Positions 1-13,241 are shown, counted from the first letter of the whole stretch. The stretch is 63,991 nt of DNA, filler included, from Octopus bimaculoides (GCF_001194135.2; 6 parts of 6 records of this genome joined end to end with filler, not necessarily neighbours in it); one strand, 5' to 3'. The notes: generated from the letters alone by a model not told the origin. Program-made: numbers and translations.

Positions 1-452
1 TATATATATACAGGAGTGTGTATATGTGTACGTATTTATATACATAACTTAGCCTTATGAATTTTCTAAAGTCTCTGACGAAGTCTAGAGGCACACCCGA
101 GTACCTTAATTTTACTACTTTCTATATTCTAATAATTAGTGGTATTTTATATATGTAAAACATAACCTGTTATACATGTATGTATATTACTATTATTGTT
201 TAAAAGAAAGAAATAGACATAATATAATGGCTAACACTCGATGAATACCACCTCTTGATCCCTCCATTTTCTTCTTGCCGTATGAATTAAGGGTCAAACA
301 ACGTTTTACCCTCGCCCGTTTATTACATTCAGTAGTGTAACTGGCACGCAATAAACAACACTTGTGTATTAATAATTGGGTATTTTACCAGCAGTATATT
401 GGATAGATATTATACCTTAGTTGGTTGGATTCACAACCTCTAACGCTCTTGG

Positions 453-509
<57 letters not shown>

Positions 510-599
510 GAGGGGGAGAGGGAGGGGGAGAGAGGGAGAGAGAGAGAAGAAAGGTTCGGATTAGTGGTATATAGGTAGTACAATATATTTTAAGACCCA

Positions 600-1330
600 T
601 ATGTAGGACCCATTTGAGTTCGTTTTCTAATGAAAGATACCATAACTCCACGACCCTGGCATCTTACACCTACCTTCTAAAGAGGTATAATAAAAGACAC
701 TCCTTGGAATGGTCTATTATTTCGAGGGCTCTAAATTTTTGGGTTAATATTAATAAATGTAAGCTATGTGTGATGCAATCCCTTGCTATCCTTACGTGTT
801 TCGGGCTCAAAACATTAAATAAATTTGCTGAAGTGATCCCCTTTTGCAATCACAAATTCTCTTCCACTTTTTTAGTGGTGTATAGAAATAAAAATAGATG
901 TAGTAAAAAATGATGTTTGGTCTTACATGGATTTGAAACCAGCGTATTTAGCTTTATTAGAAACAGCCTGCATTTTTTTTTCAGCCAATAAAGTAGGCTT
1001 GCAGTATGATAATGTTGAACTGGTCTTGTATATGTGTCCTATTTCTCTTTACATTGCCATGATATACATCAATTCATATCTAACTATGGTGATGTGCTCC
1101 CGAAATGGCCATAGATGATGTGTTTAGTTTAATTGTTGAATCGTTACTCTTGAACTATTGTATTCTGAGTGGACGTATTTTTTGATTAGAAAAAAAAATA
1201 CTCATGGATTATTGGTGTGAGTGAAGCAAATATAACTTTTTAGTCGATTTATTCTTTATTTATTCTTTCTCAACATTTTTAGAATGACATATATTTAGTA
1301 TTTTAAAGTATTTTATAAATTCTTAGTCGT
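600..1330 (-). mobile_element. Degraded retroviral-type (rve) integrase remnant, LTR-retrotransposon/Ginger-like
   Basis: Manual minus-strand translation across stops and a frameshift: M*REIGHIYKTSSTLSYCKP (resembles the integrase Zn-binding region), then YTTK/SGREFVIAKGDHFSKFI*CF...NPKI*SPRNNRPFQGVSF (resembles the GxxYILVxxDxFSK...PxxIxSDNGxxF core). Boundaries approximate. Confidence 0.5.
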
Positions 1331-2433
1331 CTTTTAATAGGACGTCGCTATACGTGTTTTCTTCGCATGTATGTATATTTTCACCTTGGTGGTTTTCAGT
1401 ATTTGTATATCTTATATATTTTATATTTTCATTTATATATTATGAAAGCCATGGTAATATTTATACATATATGATGTATGTTTGATGTTTGATACCGTAT
1501 ATAAAGTCGTTAAGTCGTTTTAATGTTTGTTCTATAACCAATGTTTAATTATCATTGTCTCATTTATTTGAGCAAATCTTTTTTGCAGTCCTATTAACTC
1601 TTTATCCCTTCTGAAAGAAAGAATAGTTAATCTTGACGTATTATATANNNNNNNNNNNNNNNNNNNNNNNNNNNNNNNNNNNNNNNNNNNNNNNNNNNNN
1701 NNNNNNNNNNNNNNNNNNNNNNNNNNNNNNNNNNNNNNNNNNNNNNNNNNNNNNNNNNNNNNNNNNNNNNNNNNNNNNNNNNNNNNNNNNNNNNNNNNNN
1801 NNNNNNNNNNNNNNNNNNNNNNNNNNNNNNNNNNNNNNNNNNNNNNNNNNNNNNNNNNNNNNNNNNNNNNNNNNNNNNNNNNNNNNNNNNNNNNNNNNNN
1901 NNNNNNNNNNNNNNNNNNNNNNNNNNNNNNNNNNNNNNNNNNNNNNNNNNNNNNNNNNNNNNNNNNNNNNNNNNNNNNNNNNNNNNNNNNNNNNNNNNNN
2001 NNNNNNNNNNNNNNNNNNNNATATATATATATATATATATACATACATATCTATGTATTATGTATATACTTCTATATATATACATATATATGTATACACA
2101 CGCGGGCATGCACGTATATATTTATATAAACACATAGTCCTATGATTGCTTAGGATGCCGAAATTTCGAAGTCACTGTCTGTAATCTTTCGGTTGAAAAT
2201 TAACAACTTTTTATTATGAATTAACATAAAATCAAACATTGATATAAATAATATATGTACAAAATATATGTGCATTTATGTATATTTATGCATATATGTA
2301 TGTGTATATTTATGTATACACATACATAAATGTATATTTGAGCATATATGTGTGTGTATTATGGAGAAATATGTGTGTGTGAGCATGTATGTATATATAT
2401 ATACACACACATATATATATGCATATATCTATA

Positions 2434-2470
<37 letters not shown>

Positions 2471-4195
2471 GTANNNNNNNNNNNNNNNNNNNNNNNNNNN
2501 NNNNNNNNNNNNNNNNNNNNNNNNNNNNNNNNNNNNNNNNNNNNNNNNNNNNNNNNNNNNNNNNNNNNNNNNNNNNNNNNNNNNNNNNNNNNNNNNNNNN
2601 NNNNNNNNNNNNNNNNNNNNNNNNNNNNNNNNNNNNNNNNNNNNNNNNNNNNNNNNNNNNNNNNNNNNNNNNNNNNNNNNNNNNNNNNNNNNNNNNNNNN
2701 NNNNNNNNNNNNNNNNNNNNNNNNNNNNNNNNNNNNNNNNNNNNNNNNNNNNNNNNNNNNNNNNNNNNNNNNNNNNNNNNNNNNNNNNNNNNNNNNNNNN
2801 NNNNNNNNNNNNNNNNNNNNNNNNNNNNNNNNNNNNNNNNNNNNNNNNNNNNNNNNNNNNNNNNNNNNNNNNNNNNNNNNNNNNNNNNNNNNNNNNNNNN
2901 NNNNNNNNNNNNNNNNNNNNNNNNNNNNNNNNNNNNNNNNNNNNNNNNNNNNNNNNNNNNNNNNNNNNNNNNNNNNNNNNNNNNNNNNNNNNNNNNNNNN
3001 NNNNNNNNNNNNNNNNNNNNNNNNNNNNNNNNNNNNNNNNNNNNNNNNNNNNNNNNNNNNNNNNNNNNNNNNNNNNNNNNNNNNNNNNNNNNNNNNNNNN
3101 NNNNNNNNNNNNNNNNNNNNNNNNNNNNNNNNNNNNNNNNNNNNNNNNNNNNNNNNNNNNNNNNNNNNNNNNNNNNNNNNNNNNNNNNNNNNNNNNNNNN
3201 NNNNNNNNNNNNNNNNNNNNNNNNNNNNNNNNNNNNNNNNNNNNNNNNNNNNNNNNNNNNNNNNNNNNNNNNNNNNNTATATATATATATATATATATAT
3301 GAATATACACATTCACATACATCTAAAATTCCTGCTTACCAACATACGCTCGCACTCGCATATTCCGCATGTGTGCGGGCGTCAGCGTATGTCGATGTGT
3401 GTGTGTGTGTATTGTGTATGTGTGTGTGTATGTGTGTGTGTGCGTGTGTGTGTGTGTGTATGAAAGTGGGTGTGTTCATTTTCTTTTTTTAGTTTTCTGT
3501 TCTCTGCGGTGCTATTTATCATATAATGGTTATATCTTATACTCTTTCCTACCAAATAATCCTTTCTCTATCTTATTTGCTTTTAGTTGCAGCTCCGCCT
3601 ATCGTTATACCTCACCGGGAAATATCAGCAATATGTATCTAACTCCTAAGAAAAGAGGATACAAAAGAAATATACACAATTCGATGGTATTCGCGTTACC
3701 CATTTATCATATCGTAATATGTTTATTGTTATTTCTTTTCTCTCGTTTTGAAGAGTATTTAGGCGATTGTTATAGGATTCGAAGCTGTACAGAACTTTTC
3801 AAAGAACAATGGAAAACGATTAAAACAAAGAATTGCATTTAAGAATCGCTGCTTCACTAAAGCTTGTTACAAGTGCGTGCTTGCATATATGTGTATGTAT
3901 GTGCGTATATCTGTGTTGGTGTGTCTTTATGTATTTGGATGAAGGTGGGGCCGTAGAGCAATGTATGTGTGTGTGATTGAATGTATGTATATGCATGATC
4001 GCAATCAATTAATGAAGAGTTTTAACATATTTCCGTATTTTTCAACCCACGCGTGTGTGTGTATGTGTGCATGCATGTGTGTATGAACTCGTCTTGCACT
4101 CACTTTATCCATTACTCTATTACAATATATATGTATGTGCATGAGTTCACATACACAGACACAAATACACACGCACACACTCATACATACATATA

Positions 4196-4226
<31 letters not shown>

Positions 4227-6203
4227 NNNNNNNNNNNNNNNNNNNNNNNNNNNNNNNNNNNNNNNNNNNNNNNNNNNNNNNNNNNNNNNNNNNNNNNNNN
4301 NNNNNNNNNNNNNNNNNNNNNNNNNNNNNNNNNNNNNNNNNNNNNNNNNNNNNNNNNNNNNNNNNNNNNNNNNNNNNNNNNNNNNNNNNNNNNNNNNNNN
4401 NNNNNNNNNNNNNNNNNNNNNNNNNNNNNNNNNNNNNNNNNNNNNNNNNNNNNNNNNNNNNNNNNNNNNNNNNNNNNNNNNNNNNNNNNNNNNNNNNNNN
4501 NNNNNNNNNNNNNNNNNNNNNNNNNNNNNNNNNNNNNNNNNNNNNNNNNNNNNNNNNNNNNNNNNNNNNNNNNNNNNNNNNNNNNNNNNNNNNNNNNNNN
4601 NNNNNNNNNNNNNNNNNNNNNNNNNNNNNNNNNNNNNNNNNNNNNNNNNNNNNNNNNNNNNNNNNNNNNNNNNNNNNNNNNNNNNNNNNNNNNNNNNNNN
4701 NNNNNNNNNNNNNNNNNNNNNNNNNNNNNNNNNNNNNNNNNNNNNNNNNNNNNNNNNNNNNNNNNNNNNNNNNNNNNNNNNNNNNNNNNNNNNNNNNNNN
4801 NNNNNNNNNNNNNNNNNNNNNNNNNNNNNNNNNNNNNNNNNNNNNNNNNNNNNNNNNNNNNNNNNNNNNNNNNNNNNATATATATAAATACATACATATA
4901 TATTTACATATATATATACATATATATACATACATATATATTTACATATATATATACATATATATACATACATATAGACATACATACTTACATATATACA
5001 TACATATATACATATATATACAAAATGGTACAAGAGCGCAAAACATCCAGACGGTTAGGTGATACAAAAAAGGGACTACAAAACATCCAGATAGACGATA
5101 CGAAGAAAACGAGGACGGGTTATTCGGAGTTTACTTTCCTCAGTCGAGTTCCAGATTATTTTTGCAATTTTGGCTGGTTATACTCAAGATTGCTCCAATC
5201 TGACCAGCCCCAAGGAAAAACTAAACTAAGACCATTAGATTCCTTGGAAGAAAGCATATATATATATATATATATNNNNNNNNNNACGAATGCATGCATG
5301 TTTATTCTTTATACCTGACGTCATACTCCAACGCAAAGGTGTTAGTCACTGGTGAGTTCGTCAGAGGAAAATAAATATGCAAGACATCATTTCGGATCTC
5401 GCTGTGGACTGTGCAAATGCTGATTTATTATTAGTAGGTAGAAATCAGCATGGATCAGTGAATACTTTGCTAAATTTGTATACTAGGCTATCGACTATTT
5501 TTAGATGCAAAGGCTTGGGTACTTCTGGTTAACAAGCCAAAACATGTCACAACGCCGTTGGTTGAAGAATTCCTTGTAGAAGTGAATCAAATATTTTTTT
5601 GGAATACATAATCCCTCTAAAGGCGGTCTTCTCCTGTGACGAGCACAACAGCGATTAGTGTATTGGCGTTCCATAGTAGCAAATCCTCGCATGTTGTGTG
5701 TGTGTGCGCGCGCGCGCGTACGTGTGCGTGTGTGCGCGCGCGCATATAAGGGTATATACGTGTGAATATATTGTAACTATAAAAGTTTCCTATGCCAGAA
5801 TTAATGTGCACCGCTTGATTATCTAGAACAGTTTAAATTTGGAATGCCAGACAGTAGAATACACTAACTATATACAAAATGGCTGATAGTTAGCAAGTTC
5901 GGACACACATAAGAAAGAAGAAAGCAAAGGACCACTTATGAGGTCAGAGAAGTGTGACGAAAGAACTCTGGCCGAAATAGGTCTAATGTAATGTAATGTA
6001 ATATAAAGCTGAAGCAAATTAACACCAAATATACAGTGCGTGTGTTTTTATTGGCTAAACTGGCAATATGACCATCCCCAAATACAACAAAATCTGTTTC
6101 AACACACGATTTCACATAAAAAATCTTGCAAAACTACTATACAAACGGAATATATATATATATTTCGTTTTTCTCTTTCATTCTTTTATATCGTTATTAT
6201 TTA

Positions 6204-6471
6204 AAGTCGCGCGCTGGTAGAATCGTTAGCACGCCGGGCAGAATGCTTAGTAGCATTTCGTATTTCGTTATGTTCTTAATTCAAATAGAGAGCTGGTAAG
6301 TGTCTGTGTGTGTATGGATAGGGGCCAGTGACTTTGACGTGTGGATGTATGCGTCGACTTTTCTAGCTTTACATTCTGATTTCAAAATCTACTGCGGTCG
6401 TCTTTTCCTTTAATCCTCTCGTTCTCGATAAGATAAATACCAGCTGAGCACAAGGAGGCAAATGTAATTTA
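6204..6471 (+). mobile_element. tRNA-derived SINE (Meta-domain-like family), degenerate, with ~80 bp internal insertion
   Basis: Head GCTGGTAGAATCGTTAGCACGCCGGGCAGAATGCTTAG matches the reverse complement of the 46343-46552 copy; body resumes after an unrelated insert at ~6285-6365. Confidence 0.65.
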
Positions 6472-7014
6472 GTAGCCACTTTTCCCAAATGTTCTGACTG
6501 TTTCTATATTAGCATTATTACTGGCAGAAATACTGCCCACCTTGCAATTTTAGGTCGTGTTATACAGCTCACTATACAGGGATTTTAAGTACTCTACCCC
6601 AGTATGTTTCAGCACCATTATAGTAACAATTATATATCATGCAGCAACATTTTAATATTAGCACTGATCACTTCCCAGCATGCTCACGGCTCACCATCAT
6701 TTGCACACCCTCAAACCTTCATCCAAACACCCACGGACAACATCCACACTTCCACACATTACAGATGCATACACATACGCACACATCCACATGTCTAAGT
6801 CACTGGACACTATCCATACACACAGACACAAACTTAATATTCTCACATGCACACAAACACACGAGCACCTTCGTTTTGGGATAACCAATACTTTATTGTC
6901 TCCCCTTCTTTCTACCTCTCCAGTCAAACCTTTCTTTTCCCAACCAGTCGCCATGCTTTATCACTAATTCCACAGGATTTTTATTTTCTCACACTTTTTT
7001 CTCCTTATTCTTTT

Positions 7015-7047
7015 CTGTTGAAGTGCGTAGACTCGAAACGTAAAAGA
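7015..7047 (+). other. Decayed minimal hammerhead-ribozyme-like motif (Penelope-type)
   Basis: TTTT-CTGTTGA-AGTGCGTAGACTC-GAAA-C-GTA-AAAGA has the order of CUGANGA/stem II/GAAA/NUH; core A6 is mutated and stem II is imperfect. Confidence 0.35.
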
Positions 7048-7255
7048 CTTTCTCGCTTTCCCGAGAGTCAAACAAATACACCTGCTAGTTGTTCATACAC
7101 CTGTCTTCGTCTTTTGGTTTTCGGTAAATTTCAACCGAGCATATTCATATTGAAAACCGCATTATAAGAGATGCGATATATCGCAGTGTAATATTCTACT
7201 GAGCTATTGTCATGGTCCTTTATAATACAAAATAAGAATGTGTACAAACACACAA

Positions 7256-7293
<38 letters not shown>

Positions 7294-8318
7294 ACAAATA
7301 CATACATATACAGAGTCATAATTCAGTCTATTATTATGTAGGGTCCTGCATTTTGTACATATTAACGCTTATTAGTTATTCTGATCACATAAATGTATAT
7401 CTATGCATTTGTGTAAATATGCTTAAGTGTGTCTGTGCATGTGTTTGGTTGTGCGCATGTATCTATCAAGTATGTATGTTTATTAATATTTACACACTTA
7501 CACACACACACACACACATATACATATAAGTATATATGTATTTTTGTGTGTGCATATATGTGTGTATATATATATATATGCATACATATAACCTATGAAA
7601 TAGATATGTATGTATACACACATATATATATGCATGTATATTTCCTATGATAGACATATGTATGTATATATATGTATTAATTTATATTTGTATATGTTTA
7701 TGCAAGTATACATGTGCAGAAATTCACATATACATATATAGATGTATGCACCTTGCATAAAATGCATACAATATGCACACATGTAGATATAATCGAATAT
7801 GAATAACTTTCATATACCAATCACTTGATGACACGTTTCTAATCAACGAGATTGATCTTACGGTGAGAATTAAAAACGTAAATGTTTACCAATTTCGTAA
7901 AGGAAGATTTTTTTTTAACTGTGAAGATTTAAAGAGATAATGTTTAAACTGATATGCACGATAAAACGAAAGTAGGAAAGTCCAAAACAATATGACGTTG
8001 CTAAGCATTAGCTCTTGTTTTTAGATAAGATTCATATTTGTTCTTGTTTTTACGAATGTTTCTCATCTTTCAAAAACATAACTATAATCAATGATTCGAA
8101 AGGCGAGATACGTATACTACAACTGAACGTTTTTTTGAACAGGTTAAAAGTATATGGAGATGAAAGTATGATTTGCATAAAAATGAAGGAAGAGCTTCTA
8201 TCAGTAACGCCCCGTCATTCTGCAGTTGTACGAAATCCTGCGTACGTGTACATGTTCGAATGTGAATAAAGGTATATGTATGTTTGTTCTATATAATAAC
8301 GCATACATTTATATATGC

Positions 8319-8351
<33 letters not shown>

Positions 8352-9332
8352 NNNNNNNNNNNNNNNNNNNNNNNNNNNNNNNNNNNNNNNNNNNNNNNNN
8401 NNNNNNNNNNNNNNNNNNNNNNNNNNNNNNNNNNNNNNNNNNNNNNNNNNNNNNNNNNNNNNNNNNNNNNNNNNNNNNNNNNNNNNNNNNNNNNNNNNNN
8501 NNNNNNNNNNNNNNNNNNNNNNNNNNNNNNNNNNNNNNNNNNNNNNNNNNNNNNNNNNNNNNNNNNNNNNNNNNNNNNNNNNNNNNNNNNNNNNNNNNNN
8601 NNNNNNNNNNNNNNNNNNNNNNNNNNNNNNNNNNNNNNNNNNNNNNNNNNNNNNNNNNNNNNNNNNNNNNNNNNNNNNNNNNNNNNNNNNNNNNNNNNNN
8701 NNNNNNNNNNNNNNNNNNNNNNNNNNNNNNNNNNNNNNNNNNNNNNNNNNNNNNNNNNNNNNNNNNNNNNNNNNNNNNNNNNNNNNNNNNNNNNNNNNNN
8801 NNNNNNNNNNNNNNNNNNNNNNNNNNNNNNNNNNNNNNNNNNNNNNNNNNNNNNNNNNNNNNNNNNNNNNNNNNNNNNNNNNNNNNNNNNNNNNNNNNNN
8901 NNNNNNNNNNNNNNNNNNNNNNNNNNNNNNNNNNNNNNNNNNNNNNNNNNNNNNNNNNNNNNNNNNNNNNNNNNNNNNNNNNNNNNNNNNNNNNNNNNNN
9001 NNNNNNNNNNNNNNNNNNNNNNNNNNNNNNNNNNNNNNNNNNNNNNNNNNNNNNNNNNNNNNNNNNNNNNNNNNNNNNNNNNNNNNNNNNNNNNNNNNNN
9101 NNNNNNNNNNNNNNNNNNNNNNNNNNNNNNNNNNNNNNNNNNNNNNNNNNNNNNNNNNNNNNNNNNNNNNNNNNNNNNNNNNNNNNNNNNNNNNNNNNNN
9201 NNNNNNNNNNNNNNNNNNNNNNNNNNNNNNNNNNNNNNNNNNNNNNNNNNNNNNNNNNNNNNNNNNNNNNNNNNNNNNNNNNNNNNNNNNNNNNNNNNNN
9301 NNNNNNNNNNNNNNNNNNNNNNNNNNNNNNNN

Positions 9333-9368
<36 letters not shown>

Positions 9369-9479
9369 AGTGTGTGTGTGTCCGTGCGTGTGTGTGTTAT
9401 GGTTATATTCATATGAAGTTGCATTCACAGTGTATTTTTGTGGCGTGTATCTTTATTTATTTTTTAAGATAAATGGTTG

Positions 9480-9850
9480 ACTGTATCTTTGAAGTTTCGG
9501 CTAACTTGAAGACAACCGACTACATATAGCTTTCCTTTTCGTTCAGTTTCCTGCTATGATTCCGCTGTTCTGTTTCGTTACCAACTTTGACCCTCTATAA
9601 ATCTCAAATCTTATGCTGTTACTTATGGGAGGAATAATCTTCGAAGTCTCATATTGTCGTGCAATGCTCGCAATGAGGAGTAGATAGACAGCCGACAACT
9701 GATAAAGGGCCGTTCTTTGTGTTACTTGTCCTGCTTTACATTTGTTTTTCACGTTCTTTCCGTATTGAACTCATTTGTTTTCGTATTTCATGTTTTTTTT
9801 CTGTTAGTGACGTCCTGTATCCATATATGCATATGTATATATATATATAT
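9480..9850. mobile_element. Interspersed repeat family (possibly Penelope-derived, non-autonomous), copy 1
   Basis: Shares GAGTAGATAGACAGCCGACAACTGAT(A/G)AAG...TTGAACTCATTTGTTTTCGTATTTCAT...GACGTCC with 11100-11410; reverse-orientation relatives at 29760-29990 and 30940-31180. Confidence 0.6.
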
Positions 9851-11099
9851 NNNNNNNNNNNNNNNNNNNNNNNNNNNNNNNNNNNNNNNNNNNNNNNNNN
9901 NNNNNNNNNNNNNNNNNNNNNNNNNNNNNNNNNNNNNNNNNNNNNNNNNNNNNNNNNNNNNNNNNNNNNNNNNNNNNNNNNNNNNNNNNNNNNNNNNNNN
10001 NNNNNNNNNNNNNNNNNNNNNNNNNNNNNNNNNNNNNNNNNNNNNNNNNNNNNNNNNNNNNNNNNNNNNNNNNNNNNNNNNNNNNNNNNNNNNNNNNNNN
10101 NNNNNNNNNNNNNNNNNNNNNNNNNNNNNNNNNNNNNNNNNNNNNNNNNNNNNNNNNNNNNNNNNNNNNNNNNNNNNNNNNNNNNGTTGAAAATGCCTTC
10201 GTTTCATATACATTAATCTATTTTTATAAATATATATATTTTATATGCATGTCGTAGCTTTTCATGGGACATTGTATAGTAATCAGTTCTCGTGACATTG
10301 GGGTTTCGTCATTTTGGATGTTTGAAGAATAAGAAGAATGAGTCTAGAGAGTGAACCAAGGGAAGCAACAGGTGGCAAGGGGGACAACTGGCTCCTTACT
10401 AGGATTTTTACGATGGTCAACTTTGTCCACTGAATGTATACGAAAACAAGGACTGAAAAATCGGAAAATGCTACACAAATACAAACAACAGGTCACAACA
10501 ACAGGTGTCTTTTGACTAAGGACGAATTACATTTAGCTGGCGTGTGTGGAAGTAAACCCTTACGGAAGGGGTACAAGATTTCATAGGCACAGGGAGGAAT
10601 ATAGATGTTGCGCGGACAGCAGCCGAACCAAGAAAGAAAGGCTAGACTTGGCCGAACACCGGTCACGCGGGGACAGAAGAGGTAGAGGCAAAGGGACAGA
10701 AGAAATAAGGAGGGGCGAGAAAAAAATGACAGGGACACAGTGAAGTGAAAAGAGTAGGGAAAGTGAGTATGATGGGAAGGCAAGGAAATGTGACAGAGGG
10801 GGAACGAAATAACGAAGTAAGCGTGATAGGGCTGATAGAAATAAGAAAAGAATAAAAGAAAGGAAGAATAGAGTCGTACAAGATTTAGGTAAATATATAC
10901 TTACATATAAGTGTACGTATGCCGCTTTTTCACTATCTCTTTGCCCACACGTGACCATCGTCCATCTTTCTATTCCTCACGTGATTATCCTTCTTTTCCT
11001 TCAGGACTGTCCTAATGACTGGTCGTATTCTATCTCACTATTCTATTTTTCTCTTTTCAAGGAAAATGTTTCTGCAGCGATCGCTATTCTACCCTCGTT

Positions 11100-11410
11100 C
11101 TGGTCAAACGACTCTCAATGTCTGTTTTCGTTCGGTTTCTTTGTATGTTTCCACTGACCTGTTTTTGTTCTTAACTTTGACCCTCCATATATTTCAAATT
11201 TTATTTTGGTACTAAGAAGACACATATTGCAGTTCAATACTCGAAATGAGTAGATAGACAGTCGACAACTGATGAAGTTTTGTTCTTTGTTTTACTTGTA
11301 CTGTTTTAGATGTGTTTCTCTCGTTGTTTGCGTATTGAACTCATTTGTTTTCGTATTTCATAATGTTTACTGTTGTTGACGTCCAGTACCCATATATATA
11401 TATATATATG
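11100..11410. mobile_element. Same repeat family, copy 2 (same orientation as 9480-9850)
   Basis: AACTTTGACCCTC...GAGTAGATAGACAGTCGACAACTGATGAAG...TTGAACTCATTTGTTTTCGTATTTCAT shared with copy 1; both end in an (AT)n run and a gap. Confidence 0.6.
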
Positions 11411-11574
11411 TNNNNNNNNNNNNNNNNNNNNNNNNNNNNNNNNNNNNNNNNNNNNNNNNNNNNNNNNNNNNNNNNNNNNNNNNNNNNNNNNNNNNNNNNN
11501 NNNNNNNNNNNNNNNNNNNNNNNNNNNNNNNNNNNNNNNNNNNNNNNNNNNNNNNNATATATATATATATATAT

Positions 11575-11771
11575 AATTGCAGCGTGGAAGGTGTATATAA
11601 GCTATTTAAAAACACGCATTGAAATTTAAAATATTTTGACAAATTAAATTTCAATGTCGAAGTGAATCTAACAGCTTTTCGTGTTTTTAAATGGCTTATA
11701 AACACCTTCAACGTTGCAATTGTCTATGTTTCAACACACGATCTCACACCAGGTCACTTGCTATGCAAGTG
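11575..11771. mobile_element. MITE-like element with fold-back (inverted) arms
   Basis: 11575-11628 is an imperfect inverted repeat of 11645-11721; 11625-11771 is the reverse complement of the element at 35797-35960. Confidence 0.65.
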
Positions 11772-11890
11772 TATACATATACATATACATTTCCTCGCGT
11801 TCGGTAAAAATGTGTTTTTTATGGTAGTCTGACGTTAGAGTCCCTCACAGCGTGAGGCATTATTGTATAGTAATGCCCTTATATAAATAA

Positions 11891-11943
<53 letters not shown>

Positions 11944-12048
11944 TATGTGTGTGTATGTATGATATACATGTGTGCATATATATCGATCATTCTCTCTGTC
12001 TATCAACCTAGTTTTCTACATTTATACCTACTTTTTTATCCACAAACG

Positions 12049-12082
<34 letters not shown>

Positions 12083-13241
12083 CGATGATATTGTTTATGC
12101 AATAACGAGTTCTTTGAACTTACTATCAGGAGAGACACAACATAATATAAATAAACGAATGACAAATGAGTACACACACACATACACACACACTCAACTA
12201 CGTAGCTGCGTATATAAACATATGCAAATAATAAATATGTGACTTTGATTTGTGATCTATGTGCGCCTGTGTATGTATATATGTATATGTATGTAAGTAT
12301 ATATATATATATATGTATATCTCAATAAATATAAACGTCTATATGAGAGTTTGAAAGAAAATCATGAACATAGGAAAGACAGAGAGAGAGAGAGTGTGTG
12401 TGTGCGATAGAGAGACAGAAACATACATACAGACAGACAGAGTCAGAAAGAGAAGGCTTCAGATGTAGAAGTGATAGAGATGGGTAGTTAAATAAACTGT
12501 CCAGCTTTGAAAAAAAATTTTTTTTCCGTGTCATTACACTTATATACAATATACTTTATGAAGAAATTTCCTAAACATATCTACACCTTCTTACACTAGT
12601 TTACACACACGCACAAACATATACACACAAACATGCCCCCCCTCACCCCGCACACACACACGCACATTCACAGACATACGCTATCGTGTGCTTATCGTGT
12701 TGCTAATTCACTTATCCACACCCACTTAGACCCATCGTACTCCCACCTTATCGTATCTTTCTTGAGTTAATTGCGGAATGGACTGTGTTTCTCTGAAGGT
12801 GTTTTGATGTGATTAAATCGTTTTCTTCCTTTATTTACGTATTAAATTAGAAAATATTTAAAAAAAGACAGGTTCAATCATGAATATTACTGCATTTAAT
12901 AATTCCATTAAGTTGAGTCTTCTTAGAAACCTGACATTTCATTATTACATCGTGGAAAAATTTGTAATGTCATACATATGTCATTATTTTGCTGCCATAT
13001 GCCAGCTGTATTTAAAGAATGCAACTCATTTGTGATAAAATGTCGAAGTAGGAAAACTTTAGTTGAAAATAATTTATAGTAAATTAGTTGTTTCCATTTC
13101 ATGTGTACTTATTTAAACAGCTATATAGAATTATATTTCGTGTTTTCTAATTTTTTTTGATACAGCAAAATACTTGTAAAGAGTTTCATAGCTTTACAAT
13201 CACCACTTATTTGTCTATATATCTATTCATAAACTTCTCTC

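Noticed and set aside
1532-5318. Long ORFs of 130-420 aa (and similar ones at 8226-9472, 13157-13891, 27624-28560, 42122-43220, 43372-44028, 52102-52689)
   Set aside because: They run through N gaps and (AT)/(AC) repeats; the translations are X runs and YIYI/CVCV artefacts.
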